NCBI GenBank assembly: GCA_963768055.1
Contig: CAVYGN010000001.1
Span: 1,056,001-1,120,000, forward strand
Source: an uncultured Spirochaetota bacterium
GTDB lineage: Bacteria; Spirochaetota; Brevinematia; Brevinematales; JAOACQ01
Direction of reading: 5' to 3'
DNA length: 64,000 bases
Shown in pieces: positions 1 through 9,086 of this stretch. The translations under genes were made by a program, and so were the position numbers. The notes beneath the pieces are model-generated. The model was given only the letters and a program-made list of their open reading frames with translations, ran no database searches and was not told the DNA's origin. Position 1 is the first letter of the stretch, and every line of letters begins with the position of its first letter.

Positions 1-442
1 CGATTATAGACATCTCGGAAGCGTTATCTGAAGGGCAGAGTATTTTTTCGAAACCCATCTGGCCGGCCTTGAGAGCGATGGGCAAAGCGCCTGAGATGGG
101 CCGAAGGCGGCCGTCAAGGGATAATTCACCGGTAATAATGTACCGGTCGAGATCTTTAAGCGCAAACTGCTCGTTCAATATCCCGATTGCGATAGCCAGG
201 TCGAAAATCGCGCCTGTTTTTTTAAGCCCGGCAGGGGCCAGGTTCACGATTATTCTTTTTCCGGGAAAATGAAACCCGGAATTCTGGATCGCGGCTTCAA
301 TTCTTCTGGTCGATCCCTTAACAGCCGATTCAACCATGCCAACTATCTCAAACTCGGGGACTTTTGTCCGTATATCGACTTCAATCTCGATCGGAATCGT
401 TTTGAGTCCGCAAAAAGAGATGGAAAAGAGTTTGCTGACCAT
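1..442 (-). CDS. comM: YifB/ComM family Mg-chelatase-like AAA+ ATPase, N-terminal part (runs off window start)
   Basis: Manual translation from ATG at 442 (GGAGG upstream): MVSKLFSISFCGLKTIPIEIEVDI...IIVNLAPAGLKKTGAIFDLAIAIG...GELSLDG; absent from the ORF track. Confidence 0.9.
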   Translation of the reverse strand, partial: MVSKLFSISFCGLKTIPIEIEVDIRTKVPEFEIVGMVESAVKGSTRRIEAAIQNSGFHFPGKRIIVNLAPAGLKKTGAIFDLAIAIGILNEQFALKDLDRYIITGELSLDGRLRPISGALPIALKAGQMGFEKILCPSDNASEMSII

Positions 443-671
443 GGCCGTTCCTCCGGAATCCCCAATCGAAACCCCATGAAAGCCATAATACCATGAATTT
501 GTTAAATGTGGTCATGATCTTATAAAAATAAAAATAAATATATTTAACAATTTTAAACAAGAAATAAGACAAGATAAACGAATAGAAAGCAGAAAATATG
601 CATTTTTTTATGAGGTAGTCATTTCGACCGAATGGTTTACCCCCGAATTAAAGACAATATACGACTCAAAT

Positions 672-889
672 TGAAGTAAATTTTTTCCGTGGCCTTATGA
701 GACAGCGTAGAGCCACAAGGCGAAAAACAGTATAGCAAGTGCTATCCAAGGCTATTTAATTAATTCAACTAATACTTGCTGATAATAAAAAATCTTTTAT
801 TAAAAAAGAATTCAATCAGCGCTTGCTGCTGTTTTGAGCCTTCTAGCGGCTCAAGCTGTCGAATACTGCGCGGAAAAAATTTTACTTCA
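672..889. repeat. Long imperfect inverted repeat (~72-bp arms, AT-rich spacer); MITE/REP-like
   Basis: 672-743 (TGAAGTAAATTTTTTCCG...GACAGC...AGCAAGTGCT) aligns to the reverse complement of 818-889. Confidence 0.75.
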
Positions 890-919
890 TAAAGAGATCT
901 GCATATTGATCTGGTCGGC

Positions 920-2195
920 CTACACCCACAACAATTCATTCCAGTCGGTAGTAAACCTCCTGGAGAGGAAATTCCGCCGCATGGCCCATCTGTGATAACG
1001 CCCCATGCCGCCCTGCACCGTATATTTGCCGTATTTCCGGTTCAGGTTGTCCAGCGTGTTCATCAGGCTCTTTTCCTTCTCGATTTTTGCCATGTCCGCG
1101 AATAGAAGTCCGTCCCGGGCGTTTTCCGGGACAATCCGGCTTAAGACCACCCCCGTCTTTTTGTACCGGTAGCCCTCTTTATAAATTTTTTTGAGCCCGG
1201 CCGCCGCGTATTCCCTTAAGTCGGGCGTATAGGCCGTGGGTTCGGGCAGCTTAATCGCGATCGAATTGTGGTACTGCGGCTCGGATTCCTTGAAGTGGTT
1301 GGTGTTGATAAAAACCTGGATTTCGGAGGCAAGGGAATTCTGAGAGCGTAATTTTTCCGCGCTCCGGCCTACATAGTTTGCCAGGGCTTCTGAAAGCGCG
1401 TCAAAATCCTCGACCGGAGTGCCGAAACTACGGGATGTAACGATCTGTTTTTTATCCGGTCTGACCGTTTCCGGCGGAATGCAGGATGTTCCCCTTAGCT
1501 CCCAGACGGTTCTCAGGCCGACCACGCCCCCGAGGTTCTTCCTTGTCCATGTGTCATCCAGGTATTTCAGATCCAGGGCAGTCATTATCCCTTTCTTATA
1601 GAGTTTATGCGAATTCTGAAATCCTATCCCCCAGACATCCTCGGCCTTGATTTTTTCGAGGCAGGAATCGATGTTCCTGTTGTCCGTCAAATCCATGACG
1701 CCTTGATATTCTTTGTTCTTTTTCGCGAACCTGTTTGCGATCTTGGCCAGCGTCATGGTCCGTGATATGCCGATCGATACCGGTATGCCGGTCCACTTTT
1801 TAACGGTGTCTTTAATCCTTTTTCCATATTCCGCGAGATCGACATTAAGGCCGTCAAGGCGCAGGAAAGCCTCGTCGATCGAATAATACTCCACTTCAGG
1901 AGAAAACCGGCCGACGACCTCCATGACCCTTTGCGACATGTCGGCGTAGAGCGTGTAATTCGAAGAAAGGACAGCCACGTCATGCTTTAGGGCGAGCTGT
2001 TTTACCTTGAATATGGGGGTCCCCACTTTCATACCCAAAGCCTTGGCCTCGTTGGATAAAGCCACAGCGCATCCGTCGTTGTTGGATAGTATCACCGGGC
2101 CTGTTTATAAGGCCCGGTGAAAATACGCGTTCACAGGATGCGTAGAAGTTGTTGCAGTCTACCAGCGCGAATATTTTTTTATCCGAATTATCCAT
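920..2195 (-). pseudogene. umuC: Y-family DNA polymerase V subunit UmuC, frameshifted near 2095
   Basis: N-terminus FALVDCNNFYASCERVF lies in one frame; ILSNNDGC...YSIDEAF...W-M-R--LS--FTT-W C-terminus lies in another. Confidence 0.88.
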
Positions 2196-2856
2196 TAAAT
2201 TCCACTCCTGTCCGGACAATGTATTCCGGCTTGTTGTCCCGCGTTGAATTTACCTCGCCGGTCACCGCGTATGCCTCCATCTCTTCCGCCGGGTAAGGCT
2301 TTAGAAATGAAAGAAGGCGTTCCCTCTCGAAATGCCCGTTGTCCAGCCATGCGTCCCAGCTTGTCTTCGGAAGGATCGCCGGCATGCGCTTCTTATCGTG
2401 TATGATCTCGAGGAGGGAATTGGCCGCCGTCGTTACAATAGCGCAGGAGGCGCCCTCTTCGAGAACGCTGAATAATCCGGCCAGAGCCATGGGCTCGCCG
2501 CTCTTCAGATGGATGTAGAAAGGCTGCCTGCCGTCGGTTTTATGCCATTCGAAAAAGCCGTCCGCCGGAATTATGCAGCGGTTAAGCCGGAAATTTTCAT
2601 CGAATGTCTCTTTCGTACGGAGGGTGTCGTCGCGTACGTTGATCAGGGAGTAGCTTTTCCCACGGGACCATACCGTGACAAGCTGCCATTTGAGCGGTAC
2701 GATCTTTCTTTCCTCCTCTTTAATGATCGCCCTGATTGTCAGAGAGGGCGCCGCATTATAATAAAAGGGCAGGTCCGGAGCTTTATCATTGGCATCTTTT
2801 ATTTCAAACGTCTCTTTGATCTTTTTCGGATTGAACTGGGCGAATCTTCCGCACAT
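2188..2856 (-). CDS. SOS response-associated peptidase (SRAP/YedK/HMCES family)
   Basis: Starts MCGRF (catalytic Cys2); RCIIPADGFFEW; IH--RMP motif. Confidence 0.93.
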   Translation of the reverse strand: MCGRFAQFNPKKIKETFEIKDANDKAPDLPFYYNAAPSLTIRAIIKEEERKIVPLKWQLVTVWSRGKSYSLINVRDDTLRTKETFDENFRLNRCIIPADGFFEWHKTDGRQPFYIHLKSGEPMALAGLFSVLEEGASCAIVTTAANSLLEIIHDKKRMPAILPKTSWDAWLDNGHFERERLLSFLKPYPAEEMEAYAVTGEVNSTRDNKPEYIVRTGVEFNG

Positions 2857-2858
2857 CT

Positions 2859-3329
2859 TTAAACCGCCTCTTTTATAATATAAGTCAGAACGCCCCAAAC
2901 ATCAAACTGCATCTCTTCGCTTATTTCAATTGTCTTGTAATCGTCGGAGTCGGATTCGGGTACAAGGTAATATTTTCCCCTGTCTATCCTGAGGCGCTTC
3001 ACGGTAAACTCGCCGTCCAGTACGGCGAGGACTATGCTTTCGTTACCGGCGTCCAGGGCTTTATCGAAAATGAGCAGATCGCCCATGCCGATCCCGGCCT
3101 TTACCATCGAGTTGCCGCCGGCCCGGCAGTAAAAGGTCGCGGCCGGATGCTTGATCAGGTATTCGTTAAGATCGAGCCTCGTTTCAATGTAGTCTTCCGC
3201 AGGGCTGGGAAATCCCGCCGATAACCTGGTCTGGTAAAGGGGCAGTTTCATCTTTTTTTCAGAAGAGGCGATATAAATCTCTGAAATATCGCCGGGTTTG
3301 ATCTTGCCCGGCATCTTCGGTTTTTTCAT
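2859..3329 (-). CDS. umuD: UmuD-like S24 peptidase (Pol V accessory subunit)
   Basis: AGFPSPA cleavage site, GNSM serine, TVKRL lysine; upstream of SRAP-umuC. Confidence 0.93.
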   Translation of the reverse strand: MKKPKMPGKIKPGDISEIYIASSEKKMKLPLYQTRLSAGFPSPAEDYIETRLDLNEYLIKHPAATFYCRAGGNSMVKAGIGMGDLLIFDKALDAGNESIVLAVLDGEFTVKRLRIDRGKYYLVPESDSDDYKTIEISEEMQFDVWGVLTYIIKEAV

Positions 3330-3503
3330 GGCACCCCCGTTTCATCAGATTAGTATAAACCCGGATAAAATAATAATCAAAAGGAAATATTTTATTGAGA
3401 CCCGGGTTTCACCGCTATTGATTTATTTCATTCATTATTTTAATATAATTGCATTCTTCACGTTTACGGCCTTCGGATAGTCATTTGAATATGGGGCGGC
3501 AAC

Positions 3504-4436
3504 ATGAAAATAGACAGACTTCTCTCCATTATAATCCTCCTGTTGAACCGGGACCGGGTCAGTGCGGAAGAATTAGCTGCCAGATTTGAGGTTACCGTGC
3601 GGACGATATACCGTGATATGGAGGCTATCGGCGCCGCAGGCATTCCTCTCTTTTCATTTCCGGGAAAGTCCGGAGGATACGGTATCCTGGAAAATTACCG
3701 GATAGACCGCCAGGTTTTGAACATGGACGAAATCCTGTCGATTATGAGCGCTCTCCGGGGAGCCGGCAGGACTTTTGACGACAGTCAGTCCGTCATGGCG
3801 CTGGAAAAGATCAGGAGCCTTCTTCCCAGGGAAGGAAGGGAGAAACTGGAATTGAAATCGGGGCAGGTTGTCTACGATTCGTTTCCCTGGGGCGGGGAAA
3901 TGAAGCTGTCCCGGACAATCAAAACCGTTTACCAGGCGATAAAAGACACCAAACTTCTGAGTATTGTCTACAGGAATTGGAAAGAACAGACCCTTACAAG
4001 GGTAGTGGAACCGCTGACCCTTGTATTCAAGGGTTTCTCCTGGTATCTTTTCGCTTTTTGCCGGCTGAGGAAGGATTTCAGGTTCTTCAAATTATCCAGG
4101 ATAAGTAAAATCGTGCAGCTGGACGAAAGTTTCGAACCCCGCCAGGCTGATTACCGCAGCTATATAAAATTGGGCGAGGAAGTAAAATCGGGCCGCGAAT
4201 TCACGCTGAAATTCAGCGGTCAATCGGCGGGCAGGCTGGCCGAATATTTCGAGCCATCGCTGATAGAAACCTGTCCGGACGGTTCTGCGGTCGTCAGGAT
4301 AAATTATCCGGATCAGGACTGGGTCATAAGGTTTTTTTTAACGTTCGGGGAAGACCTTGAGGTTCTGGAACCTGAATCAGCCAGAAAAATGATGAGAAAA
4401 ATAGCCGGGAATATCCTGAAAAAATATCGGGAATAA
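3504..4436 (+). CDS. YafY/WYL family transcriptional regulator (HTH-WYL-WCX)
   Basis: LAARFEVTVRTIYRD HTH; R-VEP, WYL, R-FKLSRI motifs. Confidence 0.93.
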   Translation: MKIDRLLSIIILLLNRDRVSAEELAARFEVTVRTIYRDMEAIGAAGIPLFSFPGKSGGYGILENYRIDRQVLNMDEILSIMSALRGAGRTFDDSQSVMALEKIRSLLPREGREKLELKSGQVVYDSFPWGGEMKLSRTIKTVYQAIKDTKLLSIVYRNWKEQTLTRVVEPLTLVFKGFSWYLFAFCRLRKDFRFFKLSRISKIVQLDESFEPRQADYRSYIKLGEEVKSGREFTLKFSGQSAGRLAEYFEPSLIETCPDGSAVVRINYPDQDWVIRFFLTFGEDLEVLEPESARKMMRKIAGNILKKYRE

Positions 4437-4442
4437 TTTTTT

Positions 4443-4468
4443 AACCCTGACATGCACCTGTCAGGGTT
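4443..4468. promoter_or_regulatory. Palindromic operator, probable WYL regulator site, followed by a TAAAAT -10-like box
   Basis: AACCCTGACA-N6-TGTCAGGGTT, perfect 10-bp arms between the WYL and GyrI-like genes. Confidence 0.7.
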
Positions 4469-4510
4469 TCTCCTTTAAAATGTGGACATAAAAGGAAAAG
4501 GAGGAATTTT

Positions 4511-5086
4511 ATGAAGTTGTTAATGCTGGTTTCTTTAGCGGCGGTACTGTTCGCATCTTGCGGGCCCGATCTGAAAAAGTTTGATGCGCTCAAAACCCCG
4601 GCGATCAGCGACAAGCCTTCCCGGAAAATGCTTGTGATGGAGATTCAAGGCGATCCTGCCAATCAGACAAAAGAAGTGGGAAAGCTGTTCCAGGTATATT
4701 TTAAACTTCAATTCAAGGGAAAAGGAGTGCCCTCTCCGAGGGCCAGATGGCCTAAGCCGTTTGACACGCCGAGAAGCGAATGGGTAGGATACTGGGCGCT
4801 GCCGGTCGGAGATGAAGTAACCGCCCTTCCCGCCGATGCCCCGTCGAATATGAGCCTGGAGATCTGGGATTACGGCAAAACGGCTGAAATTCTGCATGTG
4901 GGGCCGTATTCTACGGAGCTCCCTGATATCGAAACACTGCATAGTTTTATCAGCAACAGCGGCTATGTTATCGCCTCCCCCCATGAAGAAGAATATGTCG
5001 TAGGGCCTGGCATGTTCGGTCCGGGAAACCCTGAAAAGTATTATACGATCATTCGATATGGAGTTAAACCCGCTGCTAAAAAATAA
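4511..5086 (+). CDS. GyrI-like small-molecule-binding domain lipoprotein
   Basis: Lipobox LFAS-C; HVGPY, HEEEY, PEKYYTIIRY GyrI-like motifs. Confidence 0.8.
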   Translation: MKLLMLVSLAAVLFASCGPDLKKFDALKTPAISDKPSRKMLVMEIQGDPANQTKEVGKLFQVYFKLQFKGKGVPSPRARWPKPFDTPRSEWVGYWALPVGDEVTALPADAPSNMSLEIWDYGKTAEILHVGPYSTELPDIETLHSFISNSGYVIASPHEEEYVVGPGMFGPGNPEKYYTIIRYGVKPAAKK

Positions 5087-5096
5087 AATATTTATT

Positions 5097-5129
5097 CGGG
5101 GCCGTTTGAAAGGTCCCGGTTGTTTTTTT
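5097..5129 (+). terminator. Putative rho-independent terminator
   Basis: CGGGGCC/GGTCCCG stem followed by a T tract. Confidence 0.55.
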
Positions 5130-5154
5130 AAGAATTTTTTAAGGAGGTTTCTGA

Positions 5155-5490
5155 ATGACGATTATAACAGATGAAATTATGAAAGAAAGGCTGGGTAAAA
5201 CAAAAAATTATTCTGCTGTAATTTTAAGAGCAACCCCGAAGAGGCATGAACCCGGTGTCGATAAAATAATATGGGAGCATGGGCGGAGGAATTTTTCACT
5301 CCGGGAGGATGGTTTGTTACCTGTTGTCTGCCCTGTTAACGACGGAAGCGATGTGACGGGCATAGCTATTTTTAATGCGGACCCTGAAGAAACAAAGAAA
5401 ATAATGGATGAAGATCCCGGCGTAAAGGCAGGGATTTTTACATATGAAATTCATGCATGCAGGGGCTTCCCTGGGTCCTGCCTGCCGTAA
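5155..5490 (+). CDS. YciI-like protein
   Basis: 111 aa; H, G-AIF and DPGVKAGIF-YE-H motifs. Confidence 0.65.
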   Translation: MTIITDEIMKERLGKTKNYSAVILRATPKRHEPGVDKIIWEHGRRNFSLREDGLLPVVCPVNDGSDVTGIAIFNADPEETKKIMDEDPGVKAGIFTYEIHACRGFPGSCLP

Positions 5491-5492
5491 TC

Positions 5493-6269
5493 TTAATCAA
5501 TAAAAAACGTCCTCATGGACACGGAACCGTTCTGAATGCTTTCATGCGTGAAATGGATTTTTTCATCCCTTTCCTTCAGTGCGAGTGTATAGAGCATTGG
5601 AAGGTAATGATCGTTTGTAGGTATGGAAAGCCTGGCCGGCTCTCCCAGATTATTGTAATTTACTAATTTTTTATGTTCTCCGGAAAGTATAAGTTCCTTG
5701 ACCAGCAGGTCGAACTTTACAGCCCAATCGTAAGGTTCTGCAGATGTTTCATAATTCATCAGCCAGAGGTTATGCACGATATTCCCGCTTCCGATTATCA
5801 TTACTCCCTTTTCCCTGAGCGGCTTTAATGCTTCTCCAATTTCATAGTGTTGGTCGGCATGAGCCCCGACGCATAAAGAAAGTTCGAGGACCGGTATATC
5901 GGCTAAAGGATACATGTGGCGCAGCACCGCCCAGGATGCATGGTCTAGTCCCCAATCGCCGCATCTTGCGTTGTATTTTTTAAGGGAAAGCATAATTTCC
6001 CCTGCGACATCTGCAGAACCCATTGCGGGATATTTAAAATCATATAATTCTTTTGGAAAGCCGTAAAAATCATAGATCTGCTTCGGCAAAGCCGAACAGG
6101 TTACAAAAGTACCCTCAGTCAGCCAATGCGCTGATACGACAAGAATTGCTTCCGGTTTAGGCAGGTCATTGCCCAATTTGCTAAGAGATTTTGTAAATTT
6201 ATTATCTAAAACTATATTCATCGGCGATCCATGGCCGACAAAAACTGCGGGCATTATTTCTTTTTTCAT
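5493..6269 (-). CDS. 4,5-DOPA extradiol dioxygenase (LigB/YgiD family)
   Basis: FVGHGSPM, SAHW, YDFYGFP, GLDH, GSGNIVHNL, PT-DHYLP. Confidence 0.92.
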   Translation of the reverse strand: MKKEIMPAVFVGHGSPMNIVLDNKFTKSLSKLGNDLPKPEAILVVSAHWLTEGTFVTCSALPKQIYDFYGFPKELYDFKYPAMGSADVAGEIMLSLKKYNARCGDWGLDHASWAVLRHMYPLADIPVLELSLCVGAHADQHYEIGEALKPLREKGVMIIGSGNIVHNLWLMNYETSAEPYDWAVKFDLLVKELILSGEHKKLVNYNNLGEPARLSIPTNDHYLPMLYTLALKERDEKIHFTHESIQNGSVSMRTFFID

Positions 6270-6287
6270 CTTACCGAAAAATGTTTT

Positions 6288-7616
6288 TTACTTTGTATTA
6301 TAAAATTCTGTTATTATGTCTTCTATTTCTTTCTTGGTTTTTTTCCTGCTTTTTAGGAGGTTCGAAACCTTGTCCGCCGAACGCATAACTGTTGTGTGGG
6401 CCTTGTTTCCGAAAAGGTTGCCGATTTCCGTCAGCGAATGGTTCGTGTGCTCCTTTGACAGGTACATGGCTATCTGTCTGGCATAGCTGATATTTTCAAG
6501 CCTCCTTTCCGACTTCATATCGTTTACGGTAATATTGAAATATTTTGATACGACCCTCTGTATATCCGGGATAGTTATGTTCTTTGGAACCTCCGATTTG
6601 ATCTTGTCCCTTAAGATTTCCCTGGCGAGTTCAAGCGATACTTCTTTTTTCTTCAGGCTGGAAAAGGCTATTATTTTCGTCAATGATCCTTCAAGCAGCC
6701 TGATATCGGTTTCAACATTCGCGGCTATATAATCAATTACTTCACCCGGGATATAGACCTTTTCTTCAGCTGATTTCAACAGGAGTATGGCTTTTCTCGT
6801 TTCGTAGTTCGGCGGTTCGATCTTAACGCTGAGTCCTGAATCGAAGCGTGTTTTCAGGCGGTCCTCAATAGCGGACAGGCTTTTCGCAGGCCTGTCGCAT
6901 GCAAAGATAAGCTGTTTGCGTTCATGAAAAAGCTCATTAAAAGTATGGAATAATTCTTCAAGGGTGCTTTCCTTCTGTTGAAGGAACTGGATATCATCGA
7001 CTATAAGAAGGTCGAAATTCCTGTATTTCCTTCTGAACTTATTGGTCTCGCCGTTCTTTATAGATTCGACGAATTCATTTGTAAAATTTTCGCTCGTAGT
7101 ATAAAATACATTAAGCTCGGGTTTATCATGAATAACCTTATGCGCGGTGGCCTGGAGAAGATGGGTCTTGCCAAGAGCCGCATGGCCGTAGATAAAAAGC
7201 GGATTATACGATTTGGCCGGATGGTTGGCGACCTGTTCGGCGGCCGCATGGGCAAAGTCGTTGTTCGGACCGACAATAAACCTTTCAAAGGTATATTTCG
7301 AATTGAGAAACGAGGTATTTACCTTTTCAGCGCTCTTTTTATCTGTTTTTACTGTTATGTTCTGGTAGATATGGTCGGAATAGGCTATTTCCATAATAAA
7401 ACGGTAATCTTTATTAAATATTGATTTAGCCAGGGACTTAGCCAGATCCAGGTAATTGTCGCTGAACCAGCCGGAAGTTAAAGGATCGGGGGCGATAAGG
7501 ACAATGGTGTCGTTATTTTGAATTTCCTTGAATTTAATCTTGTCGAGTATAGCCGTATTTAGCGATGAATCGAAATTCTTGGTTAACTCTTGATAGATTC
7601 TTTCCCATACTTCCAT
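6288..7616 (-). CDS. dnaA: Chromosomal replication initiator DnaA
   Basis: YNPLFIYG---LGKTHL, DLLIVDDIQF, EELFHTFN, RQIAMYL, HTTV. Confidence 0.97.
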   Translation of the reverse strand: MEVWERIYQELTKNFDSSLNTAILDKIKFKEIQNNDTIVLIAPDPLTSGWFSDNYLDLAKSLAKSIFNKDYRFIMEIAYSDHIYQNITVKTDKKSAEKVNTSFLNSKYTFERFIVGPNNDFAHAAAEQVANHPAKSYNPLFIYGHAALGKTHLLQATAHKVIHDKPELNVFYTTSENFTNEFVESIKNGETNKFRRKYRNFDLLIVDDIQFLQQKESTLEELFHTFNELFHERKQLIFACDRPAKSLSAIEDRLKTRFDSGLSVKIEPPNYETRKAILLLKSAEEKVYIPGEVIDYIAANVETDIRLLEGSLTKIIAFSSLKKKEVSLELAREILRDKIKSEVPKNITIPDIQRVVSKYFNITVNDMKSERRLENISYARQIAMYLSKEHTNHSLTEIGNLFGNKAHTTVMRSADKVSNLLKSRKKTKKEIEDIITEFYNTK

Positions 7617-7995
7617 AATACCCTCTCCCCCCTTTTTTTTAATTCATTGAAAAAAATTACTGATTATTATATATTAAACTGTCAACAGAATTCAACAATA
7701 AATTTAATTGCATATAAGTAAGCCATTTAATACCCTCTTTTTTTCGCACAAAAGCCCCTTCAAATTCTATGTCGGATTTCTTATATATATAAGGGCTTTT
7801 TAAGGTATATCTATGTCGTTATTAAATCACGATATAAAGATTTCCATGCCCGGAAATAAAAAATGAAATTTGGTAAAAAATGGGCATAATTGGTTAAAAA
7901 TTAATAATTTAAAAATAAATTTAAAAACGAAATTTAATTTAGCACACTAATGCACAACCTGTGCTTTATATATCGGTAAAATTCAGGAGTATGTC

Positions 7996-9081
7996 ATGGA
8001 AATTGAAAAATATTTTTTCAGGGCCGTCGAAAAAGCGGAGTCCGTGAAAGGCTTGACCTCACCAAATCCTGCGGTAGGATGTGTTATTGTGCGTAACGGC
8101 AAGATATTAGGTGAAGGCGGTACGCAAAAACCGGGAGAAAATCATGCCGAGATAGTTGCTCTTCAAAAAGCGGGGAAAAATGCAAAAGGTTCAAGCCTTT
8201 TTGTTACTCTCGAACCCTGCGTTGAATTTCCGGGAAAAAAGACGGCTTCATGCTCGGAGGAGATTATAAGAGCCGGGATAAAAAAAGTTTACGCCGGAAC
8301 TTTTGACCCGAATCCAAGAGTAAACGGAAGAGGATTTAAAGCCCTCGGGGAAGCCGGCATAGAAGTAGTATTTGTTAAAGGTTTCAAAAGGCGTTTAAAA
8401 AACCTGAATGAAGATTATTTTAAATTTATTAAAACCGGTTTGCCATATATTTATTTAAAATGTGCCATGACTCTGGACGGTTATATAGCCGACAGCCGGG
8501 GCGACTCCCGCTGGATAAGCTCGGAAGAAAGCCGCCGGTATGTTCATATGATGAGAAACAGGGTGGATTCCATCCTTGTTGGAGTAGGGACAGTGGAAAG
8601 GGACGATCCCGAACTCACCGTAAGACTGGTGGATAAATTAAGGGATCCGCTGAGGATCATACTTGATCCCGACGGAAGAACGCCCGAGTCATCAAAAGTA
8701 ATGAACGATAACGGTAAATCACTTTTTATAGTAAAACAGGGTATTAATAATCATTTTATAAAATTATGTGAAAGATACAAAAAGGAATGGATGGAATTCG
8801 GAGAGGGGAGGTTTGCTTTAGCCTCCCTCGTTAAACACCTCGGACGGTATAGACAGGTAGAATCCATTCTTATTGAAGGAGGGGGGAGGGTCTATTATAA
8901 CGCTTTGAAAGAAGGGATTGTGGATAAAGTAATTATCTTTATCGCTCCTAAAATTCTGGGGGGGGGCGGAATCCCTTTCATTAATGGAAAATCGGATCTT
9001 TCTATCTCCAAAGCCCTTAAAGTAAAGGAATTTTCTACCGAAAATATAGGTGACGACTTAATGATACAGGGTTATTTGTAA
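7996..9081 (+). CDS. ribD: Riboflavin biosynthesis deaminase/reductase
   Basis: PNPAVGC, HAE, TLEPC, DPNP, IEGG. Confidence 0.96.
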   Translation: MEIEKYFFRAVEKAESVKGLTSPNPAVGCVIVRNGKILGEGGTQKPGENHAEIVALQKAGKNAKGSSLFVTLEPCVEFPGKKTASCSEEIIRAGIKKVYAGTFDPNPRVNGRGFKALGEAGIEVVFVKGFKRRLKNLNEDYFKFIKTGLPYIYLKCAMTLDGYIADSRGDSRWISSEESRRYVHMMRNRVDSILVGVGTVERDDPELTVRLVDKLRDPLRIILDPDGRTPESSKVMNDNGKSLFIVKQGINNHFIKLCERYKKEWMEFGEGRFALASLVKHLGRYRQVESILIEGGGRVYYNALKEGIVDKVIIFIAPKILGGGGIPFINGKSDLSISKALKVKEFSTENIGDDLMIQGYL

Positions 9082-9086
9082 AAATT

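Noticed and set aside
69..572. Short ORFs 69-272, 269-496 and 381-572, and other small antisense or nested ORFs in the track
   Set aside because: They overlap well-supported genes (here comM) in other frames and show no recognisable motifs.
610..646. c-di-GMP-I riboswitch-like GGTAAACCATTCG on the minus strand
   Set aside because: Similarity stops after ~13 nt; the second stem and GCAAA junction are absent.
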